Position numbers and translations under genes: made by a program. Below are positions 1 through 10,531 of a DNA stretch of 64,000 bases, piece by piece. The notes beneath the pieces were generated by a model. That model did no database searches and was not told where the DNA came from. It worked only from the letters and a program-made list of their open reading frames with translations. Source of the stretch: Alphaproteobacteria bacterium (lineage in GTDB: Bacteria > Pseudomonadota > Alphaproteobacteria > UBA828); contig CAXXVO010000007.1 of assembly GCA_963422645.2 (NCBI GenBank), forward strand, positions 672,001-736,000, given 5' to 3'. Each line of letters begins with the position of its first letter. The first letter of the stretch is position 1.

Positions 1-303
1 CTGCCCTGCCAGGTCATGATCTCGGGCCATCCGTCGGCGCTCTATGACGAGGTGCTGGCGGGATGGCGCCGGCTGGCGCTGCAGGTCACGACCCAGGGTC
101 TGGTGCGAACCGAGGTCGTCTGGTTCAACTACGCCCCCGACCGGATGCATTGGGCCAGCCACGCAGGCCGGAACTTCACCGACCGCCAGCGCATCAAGCG
201 CAAGGCAGCCAACTGGGGCCGGCGCTACCAGGCCATGCCGGCGGGCGAACGCCTGGCGGTGCTGGCCGCGATCATGGCCGTCGAGGCCGACGAGGGTTCG
301 TGA
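1..303 (+). CDS. C-terminal part of a Dam/D12-class adenine DNA methyltransferase (5' part outside the window), passenger of an IS66-type element
   Basis: Near-identical to the C-terminus of the complete MTase at 61609-62277 (…LPCQVMISGHPSALYDE…VEADEGS*); stop overlaps the transposase GTG as in the intact copy. Confidence 0.85.
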   Translation: MPCQVMISGHPSALYDEVLAGWRRLALQVTTQGLVRTEVVWFNYAPDRMHWASHAGRNFTDRQRIKRKAANWGRRYQAMPAGERLAVLAAIMAVEADEGS

Positions 304-608
304 CAGTGTCGCGCTGGCACGAGGACCTCGCTGCCCACGACGAGGCCTTCGCGTGCCTGCAGGACCTTTTCACCCCACAATCCTTCGCAATGACCGCCGT
401 CAAAGCCATTCGGGAATGGGGCCAGAGGTTGCTGCGCCTGAGCGCGGCCCTGGTCAAGGAGAACGACGCGCTGGAGCGGGAGAACGCCCGCTTGCGCGAG
501 CGGATCGCCGAACTCGAGCGCAGCGCCGCGCTCGACAGCACCACCAGCTCCAAGCCGCCGGCCAGCGACGGTCTGAAGAAGAAGAGCGGTGACCGGGAGA
601 AGCGCACC
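300..608 (+). pseudogene. 5' fragment of IS66 transposase
   Basis: Matches 62274-62582 (VTVSRWHEDL…LDSTTSSKPPASDGLKKK…EKRT), then breaks at an inversion junction. Confidence 0.85.
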
Positions 609-1038
609 ATCCCGCCAGCACCTCGTCATAGAGCGCCGACGGATGGCCCGAGATCATGACCTGGCAGGGCAGAGCCTTGAGCAGCGCGAGAAGCGCGACG
701 TGGCCGGCCTCCTCGTACTCGAAGCGGTAGCGCTGCGCCGAGCGGCGGGTCGCGTGCAGATAGGGCGGATCGCTGTAAACCAGCTCCGGGCCCAGGAACG
801 GGAACGAGGCCAGGAAGTCATGGGCACAGCCGTGAACCAGATCGACCGGGTAGTCGCAGACGAAGGCCTCGAGCGCCTGCGCATCGCGGTCGATGCCGAT
901 CGAACGCACGGCCGGCGGCTTGCGCTTCATCAGCGCCCCGCCCCCAAGGTGGCTTTCGATGTAGACGGAGTGCGGCGGCATCAGCGCAATCAGCGCTTGG
1001 CACAGACCTGCTGTCGCCTTCGAGCCGAAATACCCCAT
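607..1038 (-). pseudogene. Inverted, 3'-truncated copy of the adenine methyltransferase
   Basis: MGYFGSK…ESHLGGGA (motif I)…YSDPPY (motif IV); truncated after EVLAGW; 607-672 is the reverse complement of 1-66. Confidence 0.85.
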
Positions 1039-1161
1039 GGACCGCTCCCGTCACGCGAGAGAGCAGTCCATAGTCCCGCAACTCTATGAGGTCAAGAACC
1101 AATCGCGGTGGCAGAACCAGGCCGCGGCCGCCGCCATAATCACCGTCCTCAACTCAGGATT

Positions 1162-1180
1162 GGGGTACCTGGGTAGTTAC
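1162..1180 (-). repeat. IS66-type left terminal inverted repeat (element extends leftward)
   Basis: Reverse complement reads GTAACTACCCAGGTACCCC, identical to 61460-61478. Confidence 0.85.
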
Positions 1181-1324
1181 GATTTATTGAGACAAAGTGA
1201 GAGTCCGCGGGAGAGGTGCGGGCCAGGACCGCGGCACGCACCTCGTCGTAGCGGCTCCCCTGGACCGCGCGCCTTGGTTAGGATGCGCCCCGCGTAACCC
1301 CGATTCCCGCCGAGCGAACGCCCG

Positions 1325-2290
1325 ATGGCCGTCTACACCGAAGTCTCCGACGACGAGCTTGCCGCCTTCATCGCCGACTACGACATCGGCACGGCGGTCT
1401 CCTGCAAGGGCATCGCCGAGGGCGTCGAGAACTCCAACTACCTGCTGCTGACCGAGGGCGGCCCCTACATCCTCACGCTCTACGAGAAGCGGGTCGACGC
1501 CAGGGACCTGCCCTTCTTCCTCGGGCTGATCGAGCATCTGGCGGCGCGCGGCGTGCCCTGCCCGGTGCCGGTCCACGGGCGCGACGGCGCGGTGCTGCGC
1601 ACGCTCTGCGAGCGGCCGGCGGCGATCACGAGCTTCCTCGCAGGCGTCTGGCCGCGCCGCCCCCGGCCCGTGCACTGCGCCGAGCTGGGCGAAGCGCTCG
1701 CGCGCTTGCACCTGGCGGGCCTCGACTACGAGCCCGAGCGTGCCAACGCGCTCTCCGTCGACAGCTGGCGCCCGCTCTTCGAGCGCTGCCGCGCCGGCGC
1801 GGACGACGTGGTGCCCGGCCTCTCGGCCGAGGTCTCGGCGACCCTCGACCGCATCGAGGCGGAATGGCCGCGCGATCTGCCGCGCGGCGTGATCCACGCC
1901 GATCTCTTCCCCGACAACGTCTTCTTCGAGCGCGACCGTCTCAGCGGCCTGATCGATTTCTACTTCGCCTGCAACGACGCGCTGGTCTACGACCTCGCGG
2001 TCTGCCTCAACGCCTGGTGCTTCGAGCCCGACTTGAGCTTCAACGTGACCAAGGCCCGCCTCATGATCGGGCGCTACCGCGCGGTGCGCCGCTGCTCCGC
2101 GGCCGAGATCGCAGCACTCCCCCGGCTCGCCGAGGGCGCCGCGCTGCGCTTCCTGCTCACCCGCCTCTACGACTGGATCAATCAGGTGGACGGCGCCCTG
2201 GTCAAACCCAAGGACCCGCGCGAGTACCTGCACAAGCTCCGCTTCCATCGCGGCGCGTCGGGCCCGGGCGCCTACGGCATCGAGCCGTGA
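1325..2290 (+). CDS. thrB: Homoserine kinase type II
   Basis: MAVYT start, [27 protein letters not shown] motifs; upstream of rnhA as in Alphaproteobacteria. Confidence 0.95.
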   Translation: MAVYTEVSDDELAAFIADYDIGTAVSCKGIAEGVENSNYLLLTEGGPYILTLYEKRVDARDLPFFLGLIEHLAARGVPCPVPVHGRDGAVLRTLCERPAAITSFLAGVWPRRPRPVHCAELGEALARLHLAGLDYEPERANALSVDSWRPLFERCRAGADDVVPGLSAEVSATLDRIEAEWPRDLPRGVIHADLFPDNVFFERDRLSGLIDFYFACNDALVYDLAVCLNAWCFEPDLSFNVTKARLMIGRYRAVRRCSAAEIAALPRLAEGAALRFLLTRLYDWINQVDGALVKPKDPREYLHKLRFHRGASGPGAYGIEP

Positions 2291-2721
2291 CCGTTACGAT
2301 CTATACCGACGGCGCCTGCAGCGGCAATCCGGGGCCGGGCGGCTGGGGCGCGGTGCTGCTCTACGGCGAGCACCGGCGCGAGATCAGCGGCGCGAGCGCA
2401 GACACCACCAACAACCGCATGGAGCTTACTGCCGCGATCCGGGCACTGGAGGCGCTCAAGCGCCCCACGGACGTCGACCTTTATACCGACAGCACCTACG
2501 TGAAGGACGGCATCACCCGATGGCTCCCCGGCTGGAAGGCCAAGGGCTGGCGCACCGCGTCCAAGTCGCCGGTCAAGAACCGCGACCTGTGGGAGGCCCT
2601 CGATGCGCTGGTCCAGCGCCACGACGTGTCCTGGCACTGGGTGCGGGGCCACGCCGGCAACGCCGGGAACGAGCGCGCCGATGCGCTCGCGCGCGCGGCG
2701 CTGAAGGCCGCGGCAGCGTAA
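2287..2721 (+). CDS. rnhA: Ribonuclease HI
   Basis: [37 protein letters not shown]…NERAD; GTG overlaps the thrB stop. Confidence 0.96.
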   Translation: MTVTIYTDGACSGNPGPGGWGAVLLYGEHRREISGASADTTNNRMELTAAIRALEALKRPTDVDLYTDSTYVKDGITRWLPGWKAKGWRTASKSPVKNRDLWEALDALVQRHDVSWHWVRGHAGNAGNERADALARAALKAAAA

Positions 2722-2921
2722 GGGAGATGAGCCTGCCGCATGGTGGTCTGGCTGCCTGTATCATTCAAATTTTTCTGGACGCAGACTTTCGATTATAGCA
2801 GAACTGTGTGCGTCGATTCATATCGGGGGTGTGAGAGACTACCAAAATGGTTTTTCTACATGAGTTACCTAGTTCACCAACGAGATGTTTGAATGGCTAA
2901 TTCTACAATAGACGCAGCCAT

Positions 2922-2940
2922 GTAACTGCCCAGGTACCCC
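2922..2940 (+). repeat. Third IS66-type terminal repeat (element extends rightward; partner end not found)
   Basis: GTAACTGCCCAGGTACCCC, 18/19 identical to 61460-61478. Confidence 0.75.
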
Positions 2941-3155
2941 CTCTCTCTTATGGAACAAGCCAGTTCCTTTTGCGTCAACGCCCCCACGCCGCGGGGGTGC
3001 CTACTCTCTTGAGCGCGAGAGGATGATGAACGCCGCGTCGCGAACAAGATGAGAGGACAGCGATACTCAGGATGAGCCGGAGAAGTTCAGGAGCGCAGTA
3101 TAGGGATCAGCTGCATCGGTTCCGGGTGCGCCAGGATTTGCAGGATGTTCCAGCC

Positions 3156-5515
3156 TCAGACTTCCTGACCTCTGCTGATTTTAGGTGACACGAGCCGCGC
3201 GGATTCCGAGGCCCCGTCGATGTCGTAGACTATGCGCAGACGGGTGCCGGGGAAGACCGTTTCGGTGGCGTTCAGGTCGCTCAGAACCGCATCGATCCAA
3301 CGGTCGCAGGCGTCGTTTGCGAGGCCAAGAATGTGGACCCGCAGGAGGCCATTGCCAGGATCCGGCAGGATGTCGGCATCGGCGGTGAGCAGCGCTTGAA
3401 GCAGTTTCCGGGGATGGGGCTTGTGGCCCTGCGCCTGCATGACGGGAAGCATCATGCGGGTTTCGGCGCGGTAGGCGATCATCCGGATGACGTCGAGGAG
3501 GAGGCGCTCGCGCGCGGGCAAGGCATCGAGCTGCTCGGCTTCGTCGAGGTCGCCGGCCCGGCAGTGCTTGGGCGTCTCCCTGCGGCTGGCCCTGACGATG
3601 TCGCGGACATCCTGGAGGTCCCTGACTTCCCTCCTGAGTTCCGCCGTCGGCTGCTTCTTCCGGGCCGTGTCGGCGATGCGGTTGCGCAGGCGGCCAAGCT
3701 GGCGGTCGAGGCGATGGATTGCCTTGTCATAGGCCCGCCGCAGCGGGTTGACGACCATGGCGGCGGGATCGAGAGGCTCGAGCTCGTGGGTCGGCAGGGC
3801 GTCGAGATTGAACTCGTCACGCATGTACTTGAAGAAGTTCTCCTGCGACCAGCGCGAGAACATGGCGCCCGCAACCTCAGCCATCGGCTTGTGCGGATCG
3901 GTGGTGATCAGCGGCACCTGACGGCCGTTGTCGAGCAGGCGGCGGATCTGGCGCACCCTGAAGCCGTTCGGCAACGTCACCGGCTTCTCAGCCAGCCGCA
4001 TGGTGGCGCTGCCGTCCGCCGCCGGTCCGTGAATGGGAACGGTCATCGCGCCGAAGTCCTCGGCCGGCCAGTCCTCGCCCCTGAAGTTCTTGTGCCAGGT
4101 CAGGCAGGCGACGCCGCGCCTCGCCAGCCGGCGGAACAGATCCGGGCTCCAGCCCTCGCGGTCGAAGACCAGGGTGAGCGCCGGCTGGCCGGGATGCTCG
4201 GCGGTCAGGTCCGGCGCCCCGGCGCCAACGATCCCAAGCTCCTGCAGCGCCGGCACCACGTCGGCTTCGATGGCCGCGACCATCTTCGGGTCCAGCGGCT
4301 TGTGCAGACAGAGCAGCGGCTTGCCGCCCAGAGCGTTGATCCAGTAGCTGGCGCTCGCCGGCAGGCACAGCTTCTCGCGCGAGACGAAGTGCTTGGGCAA
4401 GCGCCCCTTGCGGCCGGAGTAGACCTTGACGTGCCCGTCGATGGCCAGCGTCGCCCAGAGCTCCGGCTCGTCGGCGCCTGCCAGCGCCTGGCAAGGGCGA
4501 GCTGCCACGCCCGCACGCCGGCCTCGTCGTCGGCGATGAGAGCGATCTTGCGGCGCAGCGTCTTGACCTCGGGGCAGCGATCGAGGCCGAGAATGGCGCC
4601 CCATTCGCCCGGCGCCTGGTAGCGCAGGCTCTCGGGGTTGCGCACCCGCGCCAAGGTCATGAAGGCCAGGAAGAGCAGGATCGTAGGCAAGCCGTAATAG
4701 CCCTTCGGCAGCAATGGCAGGAGACCGGTCTCGGAGAGAAGACCTTCCTTCAGCAGGGCCGGCAGGGCGGCGAGCACGCCGCCGAAGCGGACACCGCGGG
4801 CGGCGGCGGCGAACTGCGGTTCGACCGGCCCCGCCTGTCCACAACTGGCCAGAACCCGAGCCGGAACATCGCAAGTCGCACGCCCCATCGGCGCCTGCCG
4901 GTCCCGCCGATCGCGCGCGCTGCGATCCGTTTGCGGCTGCGCTTCCAGCCCCGGCGCCGTCTCCGGCCCCGGGGCACCGGTACTCTCTTCATCGACACGG
5001 CCTTCAGGAGCCGCACCCGCGTCAGGCGGCGCAGCCAGCGCTGAGCGTCCGGGCTCCCCATCCGCCTCCGTGTTGCCGATCAGTCCCTGACGGCGCCACT
5101 TGTTGACCGATGGCGCTGACACGCCGAGAACCCGGGCCGCCGCAGAGCCGCTCAGGCCCGATGCCAGCAACGCCGTCGCCTTCTCCGCCAACTCCGGAGT
5201 GAACACCGACGGCCCGCGACCGCGCCGGGGCTTCATGAACCCCGCTTCGCCCTCGGCCAGGTAGCGCCGTCGTGCGCGCTGCACCGTCGCGCGCGAGACA
5301 GCGAAAGCGTCAGCCAGTTCCTGCGGCGAGACCGCGCTGATCGCCGCGAGGCGGCCGATCCGCAAGAGCATGGCCGTGCGGTCATCGGCGGCGTGGCTGT
5401 CAAAGGGAATGAGGTTGGAAAAGTAGGTGAAGGTGTCGTCCGAGATCAGGACGGCGAAGCAGCTGTTGCCGATCGAGACCGCCTCTGGAGGGCACATTGG
5501 GAGGGTACTGGGCAT
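3156..5515 (-). pseudogene. Large (~785 aa) HTH + DDE transposase, frameshifted near 4480
   Basis: N-terminal HTH (LADAFAVSRATVQRARRRY), then IDGH / VFDREG / RWSQENFFKY acidic motifs spread over two frames; stop codon lies in the terminal IR. Confidence 0.75.
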
Positions 5516-5670
5516 GGTTGAGACCGTGCAATTGGTATCAAATTATACTATCAGACCTCGGGCGCGACACCCAGCGAAAAACCGCCTGAAACAACCGAAA
5601 TGTATCAGAATTCAAGGAGTTCCCGGCACGCTGCCCAGAACAGCCAGCATCACGAGGTCAGGAAGTCTGA
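3156..5670 (-). mobile_element. Unclassified DDE insertion sequence, ~2.5 kb
   Basis: 17-bp terminal IRs TCAGACTTCCTGACCTC (3156-3172) and GAGGTCAGGAAGTCTGA (5654-5670); encodes an HTH+DDE protein. Confidence 0.8.
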
Positions 5671-5810
5671 AGCTATAGCGATTCCATCGAGAATGAGGTG
5701 GACGATTTCTCCAGCAGCGCCGAAGGGCTAGACACGGAGCTGATGACGTTCGCAGAAATTGCTACAGATCACTTGGAATTCGACCGCGGGTATTATGTGT
5801 CTTTGCGAAA

Positions 5811-6839
5811 GGCTCAATTCGCAAAACGTAGGCGCGGTCTGGCCATCGCCGCCTCGAGGCACGCTCTGGGCGATGGCTGACCGCCGAGTTCGATGAGATG
5901 GAACCACCTCAGATAGCTGTCCAGGTACTTGGTGGCGATGCCGCGGAAGCCGCGCAGGAAGCCCTTGATCTGGCTGTGGCGGCTATTGACCGTCTGGATG
6001 TGCAGCGCGCCCCGGACCCGCTCGTCAGCAGAAGCGTTGATGCTCTCGTGAGGGATGTCGAGCGCCGCCGCGACGGGCGGATAGCAGCGCTTGGCGTCGG
6101 AGACGAGCAGCGCATCCGCTGCGACGACCGGCTCCAGCACCTCCTTCACGCTCTTTGCGTTGAGGGCGGGCAGGCTATGGCTGAGGGTCTCGCCCGCACG
6201 GTCGGCGGCGACCAGGATCGGCACCTGCTCGCGCGAGAGGCCGCGTTTGCGGGCCTTGCCGCCGCGACGGCGCGGCTTGCGATCCAGCTTCCGCTCCCCC
6301 TTGCGGCTCTCGAGAACGAAGGTCTCGTCGGCCTCGACAATCCCGGCAAGCCGGTCCGGCGCTTGCCGAACCGCCGCCAGGAAGCGGTGGCGCCAGCGAT
6401 GCGCCGTGCTCGGCGCAATCCCGCAGCGCTCGGCGGACTCCTTGATCGTCTCGCCCTCGGCAAGCGAGGCGCCGAAGGCCAGCCAGCGCTCCTTGTGGTG
6501 CAGCCCTGACAGCGCCGTGCCCGTGAGTGCACCGAAGGTCTTCCCGCAGTCCTTGCACCGGAAGCGGCGAAGACCTCGCGCCTTGCCCCGCGACACCGCC
6601 CCGCCTGCGCCGCAATGCGGACAGCGCCGCTCGTCATCCACGCCCAGCTCGATCGCCGCCAGCGAGGCCGCGCCCTCCGGAGGCTCCGACAGCACCGCCC
6701 CGACCTCCTTGCGCTGCGCCGCCGTCAACTCATCGACACGCGAGAACCACTCCCGAAACCGCTCGTGATCCATCTGCCTGACCTCCAAGGCGAACCGGGA
6801 AAGATTCTATCACAATGCATACGATTCACGAATTGCGCC
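5811..6839 (-). mobile_element. IS1595-family element
   Basis: IRs GGCTCAATTCGCAAAACGTA / GGCGCAATTCGTGAATCGTA; 8-bp TSD TTGCGAAA at 5803-5810 and 6840-6847. Confidence 0.92.
5814..6788 (-). CDS. IS1595-family transposase
   Basis: CPHCG…CKDCGKTF zinc finger, HTH, VEADETF, LVSD, HIQTVN, GIATKYLDSYL. Confidence 0.92.
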   Translation of the reverse strand: MEVRQMDHERFREWFSRVDELTAAQRKEVGAVLSEPPEGAASLAAIELGVDDERRCPHCGAGGAVSRGKARGLRRFRCKDCGKTFGALTGTALSGLHHKERWLAFGASLAEGETIKESAERCGIAPSTAHRWRHRFLAAVRQAPDRLAGIVEADETFVLESRKGERKLDRKPRRRGGKARKRGLSREQVPILVAADRAGETLSHSLPALNAKSVKEVLEPVVAADALLVSDAKRCYPPVAAALDIPHESINASADERVRGALHIQTVNSRHSQIKGFLRGFRGIATKYLDSYLRWFHLIELGGQPSPRACLEAAMARPRLRFAN

Positions 6840-7044
6840 TTGCGAAAAAGGATTTCAGTTGTTCTTGGAGATGGAAGGGAGATCATTGCTATCGTTCCAG
6901 ATTCGGAGTTCACCTTCCGCGCCCATGAAGATGCTCTCATAGGATTACAGGAGGCTGCAAGGAATCTTAGGGGAGCGATGGAGGGCGGGAAGGAGTTCTA
7001 TCAAGGGCTTGCGACATACATTGAGACACGGGACGACTTCATTC

Positions 7045-8058
7045 TCAGCGTACAGAGGAATAAGCTGAGCTTCTTTGGCTTCCTCGACGAAGTTTTTTCG
7101 TAAGGCACATATCACTGAGCGGCCAGGCAATCAGGTCTTCGTACCTCAGTCTCTTCCCGATCATGCCCCGCACCAGCGCGGCCATCTGGTCGATGGTGTC
7201 CAGGTCGCGGATGTTGTTCCGGCCCGTGAACTCCCGAACGTAGCGATCCAGGTGCTTCTCGGACAGATGGTGGAATGTGCCGTGGTAGCCCCTCTTGAAG
7301 AGCGACCAGAAGGATTCGATGCCATTGGTGTGCACGTCGTCGCGGACATATTCGCCGCGCGAATGCACGACGCTCTCATGATGGGGCAGGCCTGAATAGC
7401 TCTTGGACTCGTCGGTGTAGACCATAGCGTCAGGCGCGGCCTGCGCTGCGACGAAGTTGCTCAAGGTGAGCCGGGTAGTATCTGGCACCACTTCGGCAGA
7501 GACGCGCTTGGTGGCGCGGTCCTTGGCGCCCGCGACGACGGCCTTGCCAACCCCGCCACGACCCGCACGCAGCTTCTTGTTGGCGTGCTTGTTCTTCTCC
7601 TTGCCCCCGATGTACGTCTCGTCCGCCTCGACCGGGCCAGGGAAGGGCTTGTTCTCGCCTTCGATGAAGCCCTCGCGGATGCGCTGCATCAGGAACCATG
7701 CGGTGGCCTGGCGGATGCCGACCTCGCGATAGAGCTTCATACTGGACGTACCCTTGATGCCCGTGGTCATCATGTAGAGCGCGATGGCCCACTTCTGGAG
7801 CCCGAGCTTGCTGGACTGCATGACCGTGCCCTTGCGGACGGAGAAGTGATGCCGGCAGTCCCGGCAGCGGTAGGGCATGGGCTTCCGGCTCGCGACGGCC
7901 ACCGTGTTGGTTGAGCCGCAATCGGGGCAGAACCGGCCTTTGGGCCAGCGCTGCTGTTCAAACCACGTCTCAGCAGCAGCATCGTCGGGGAACTGGCGTA
8001 GCAGCTCCATGACCGTCATGCCTGAGCGGTGGGAGCGTCCCGGTGCCTTCTGTGTCAT
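7045..8058 (-). CDS. IS1595-family transposase
   Basis: CPDCGS…CRDCR zinc finger, VEADETYIGG, VYTDE, HTNGIESFWS; the frame reads through the element end into the flank. Confidence 0.9.
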   Translation of the reverse strand: MTQKAPGRSHRSGMTVMELLRQFPDDAAAETWFEQQRWPKGRFCPDCGSTNTVAVASRKPMPYRCRDCRHHFSVRKGTVMQSSKLGLQKWAIALYMMTTGIKGTSSMKLYREVGIRQATAWFLMQRIREGFIEGENKPFPGPVEADETYIGGKEKNKHANKKLRAGRGGVGKAVVAGAKDRATKRVSAEVVPDTTRLTLSNFVAAQAAPDAMVYTDESKSYSGLPHHESVVHSRGEYVRDDVHTNGIESFWSLFKRGYHGTFHHLSEKHLDRYVREFTGRNNIRDLDTIDQMAALVRGMIGKRLRYEDLIAWPLSDMCLTKKLRRGSQRSSAYSSVR

Positions 8059-8125
8059 GCCAGCCTCCAATCTTGGCTAGTATAGTGTCATAAATGTGTG
8101 GGGCCGTCAATGACGAAATGGCTAG

Positions 8126-9742
8126 CCCCAATTATTCACGGCGTGTCTGATTTTGGGGTGGCGGACGTAGCGTAAGCCGTTGCCATCGGGTAGGAATTCG
8201 TTGTCCGAGCGTCTTCCTCTCCGAACAACGAAAACGCCACGCCCGCCATGACCGACGATAGCCTTCTCCCCTTCGATCTGCCAAGCGTCCAACGCAAGAA
8301 GGTGAGTGCCGCCTTCGATGGTGGCCTGATCTCGTCTGACGGCGGCCTCGTCCTGTTGCGCGGGGCGGAGCGCCGCTTGCGCCTCGCCGAGACCCTGGCA
8401 GGCTGCATCCGCGACCGGCGCAATCAGGCGCAGGTGGTCCACTCGCTCTCGGCCATGCTGCGCTTTCGCATGCTGGCGATCGCCTGCGGTTACGAGGATG
8501 CCGACGACTGCGACGCGCTCCGCACGGACCCCCTGTTCAAGCTCGCCGCGGGCCAGGCGCCGGAGAGCGGGGGCGCGCTCTGCTCGCAGCCGACCATGAG
8601 CCGCCTGGAGAACGCACCGTCCCGCATCGAGGTGGCGCGCATGACGGCGGCGCTGGTCGATCTCTTCTGCCGCTCCTTTCCCGCCCCTCCCGCCGCCATC
8701 ACCCTGGATATCGACGACACCTGCGATGCCGTGCACGGCCACCAGCAGCTCTCGCTCTTCCACGCCCATTACGACACGCGCTGCTTTCTCCCCGTCCACG
8801 TCTACCATGTGGAGAGCGGCAAGCCGGTGGCGGTCCTCCTGCGCCCGGGAAAGACGCCGTCCGGGCCTGAGGTCCGCACCCTGCTGAAGCATCTGGTCCG
8901 CCGTATACGCCGCCACTGGCCCCGCACCCGGCTCACCTTCCGCGGAGATTCCCACTACGGCCGCCCGCAGGCCATGGCCTGGTGCGAGGAGAACGGCGTC
9001 GACTACATCTTCGGCCTCGCGGGCAATCGCGCGCTGCATGCCCTCGCCTACGAGGTGGCCGACGACCTCAAGGTGCGCCGCGCCGAGGCCGGCGCAGACA
9101 GGATGCGCAGCTTCGCCGCCTTCGCCTACGCCGCCCGCTCCTGGGGCCGCGAACGCCGGGTCGTCGCCAGGCTAGAGGCGAGCACGCGCGGCTTCGACGC
9201 CCGCTATATCGTCACCTCGCTCAGCGGCGAGCCCCGCCATCTCTACGAAGTCCTCTACTGCGCCCGCGGCCAGGCCGAGAACCTGATCAAGCTGCACAAG
9301 GGCCAGCTCGCCTCGGACCGGACCTCTTGCCAAAGCCCGCTCGCCAACCAGCTCAGGCTGGTCCTGCACACCGGCGCCTACTGGCTCATGCTCGCCCTGC
9401 GCGACGCCATTCCCCGTGCTGCGCCGCTCGCCCGCGCCGAGTTCGCCACTCTCAGGCTGCGCCTGCTCAAGATCGGTGCCCGCGTCATCGAAAAGGCCGC
9501 CCGCATCCGTATCCACTTCTCCTCTGCCTGCCCGGACGCCGCCCTCTTCCGCCTGCTCGCAGGGCGCCTCGCAGCAGCAGGCCCCTGACCGCCGGGGCGC
9601 CGTGCCCCGTAAACCCGAACTCCCCCTCAACCCCCAACGCCTGTCACAACAAAGCTCGAAACCGGATGCCTATGGCGTCAGGGGGAAAGCTCACGCCGTG
9701 CCATCGTGACCTCCAAAGGCAACGCAGGATGAATAGGTCAGG
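8126..9742 (+). mobile_element. IS1380-family element
   Basis: Flanked by CTAG duplication (8122-8125, 9743-9746); imperfect IRs CCCCAATTATTCA / CCTGACCTATTCA. Confidence 0.88.
8248..9588 (+). CDS. IS1380-family transposase
   Basis: FDGGLISSDGG, GYEDADD, SQPTMSRLEN, LDIDDT, RGDSHY, YCARGQAENLIK motifs. Confidence 0.93.
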   Translation: MTDDSLLPFDLPSVQRKKVSAAFDGGLISSDGGLVLLRGAERRLRLAETLAGCIRDRRNQAQVVHSLSAMLRFRMLAIACGYEDADDCDALRTDPLFKLAAGQAPESGGALCSQPTMSRLENAPSRIEVARMTAALVDLFCRSFPAPPAAITLDIDDTCDAVHGHQQLSLFHAHYDTRCFLPVHVYHVESGKPVAVLLRPGKTPSGPEVRTLLKHLVRRIRRHWPRTRLTFRGDSHYGRPQAMAWCEENGVDYIFGLAGNRALHALAYEVADDLKVRRAEAGADRMRSFAAFAYAARSWGRERRVVARLEASTRGFDARYIVTSLSGEPRHLYEVLYCARGQAENLIKLHKGQLASDRTSCQSPLANQLRLVLHTGAYWLMLALRDAIPRAAPLARAEFATLRLRLLKIGARVIEKAARIRIHFSSACPDAALFRLLAGRLAAAGP

Positions 9743-10417
9743 CTAGTTAGGCGTATAAGCCCCAAGAATTTGATCCGAGGCAAGAAGTGCCAGCATCAGG
9801 GCTAGCGGTCGTGAGCTCCGCCTCTTTGTCGAACAGCCTCCCCTGGAGTATCCATTCAGTCAGGCCGTAGAGTCGGCCGGCCCGCGGGTGCGCCCGAAAC
9901 GAACAGCCGACCTGTTTCATGCCACAGGGGCCGATCACTGCCTCCGCCCAACCAGAATCACGGCCAGACCGAACGCATACATGTCAGCAGCCGTCAGACA
10001 CGCGCACCGCTTCAATTTCCGGTGCACGCCAATCGTTTGCCAGCCAAGACAAGGCGTGGCTCACACGGGACTGGCGACCTCGAAATATCCCTGTATCCCT
10101 GCCGGTTTCTTGAATTGCGGGATCGGCTGCCCCGTGCGCGGCCTTCAGATTGGGCATCAGAGAGTAAATCCTTGAATCAGACGGCGGTGAACGCGAGATT
10201 TCGACCACAGACACCCACGCTGTATGTCTGACTTTTTGACAAGCCTCATTGGATACACGCTAACCCATTTGTCAGTTTCGACAATGATGGGTTAGCATTA
10301 GAGTCTGATCCAGACTTGGTGTTGTCAGGCGCTTGTAGACCACGGTTATCGGCACATGATAGGCCAGATCAACAATTCACATTCCCTCAAGCGCTAGATG
10401 TCGGTCGGTGCTTAGGT

Positions 10418-10531
10418 TCAGACTTCCTGGCCTCGTGATGCTGGCTGTTCTGGGCAGCGTGCCGGGAACTCCTTGAATTCTGATACATTTCGGTTGTTTC
10501 AGGCGGTTTTTCGCTGGGTGTCGCGCCCGAG
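10418..10531 (+). mobile_element. 114-bp end fragment of a second, inverted copy of the 3156-5670 element, cut by IS21
   Basis: Near-perfect reverse complement of 5557-5670. Confidence 0.85.

Larger units (their letters stand above)
3072..7103 (+). pseudogene. Low-GC orphan gene (~159 aa when restored) split into 3072-3155, 5671-5810 and 6848-7103 by two IS insertions
   Basis: Removing 3156-5670, and 5811-6839 plus one 8-bp TSD copy, gives one open frame. The second join is backed by the TSD; the first rests on frame continuity only. Confidence 0.55.
7104..9761 (-). mobile_element. Second IS1595-family element, with IS1380 nested near its upstream end
   Basis: Ends GGCACATATCACTGAG (7104) and weakly matching GGCTTATACGCCTAAC (reverse of 9761); no matching TSD, so the 9761 boundary is tentative. 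Confidence 0.6.

Noticed and set aside
2966-2975. CCTTTTGCGT matching part of the recombinase att arm
   Set aside because: Only 10 bp, lacks the rest of the arm and the AT core; plausible by chance.
4470-4495. Programmed frameshift in the large DDE transposase
   Set aside because: No slippery heptamer visible, and other indels in the window point to error or decay.
9762-10417. Low-GC stretch as a coding gene
   Set aside because: Only short ORFs without recognisable motifs on either strand; left unannotated.
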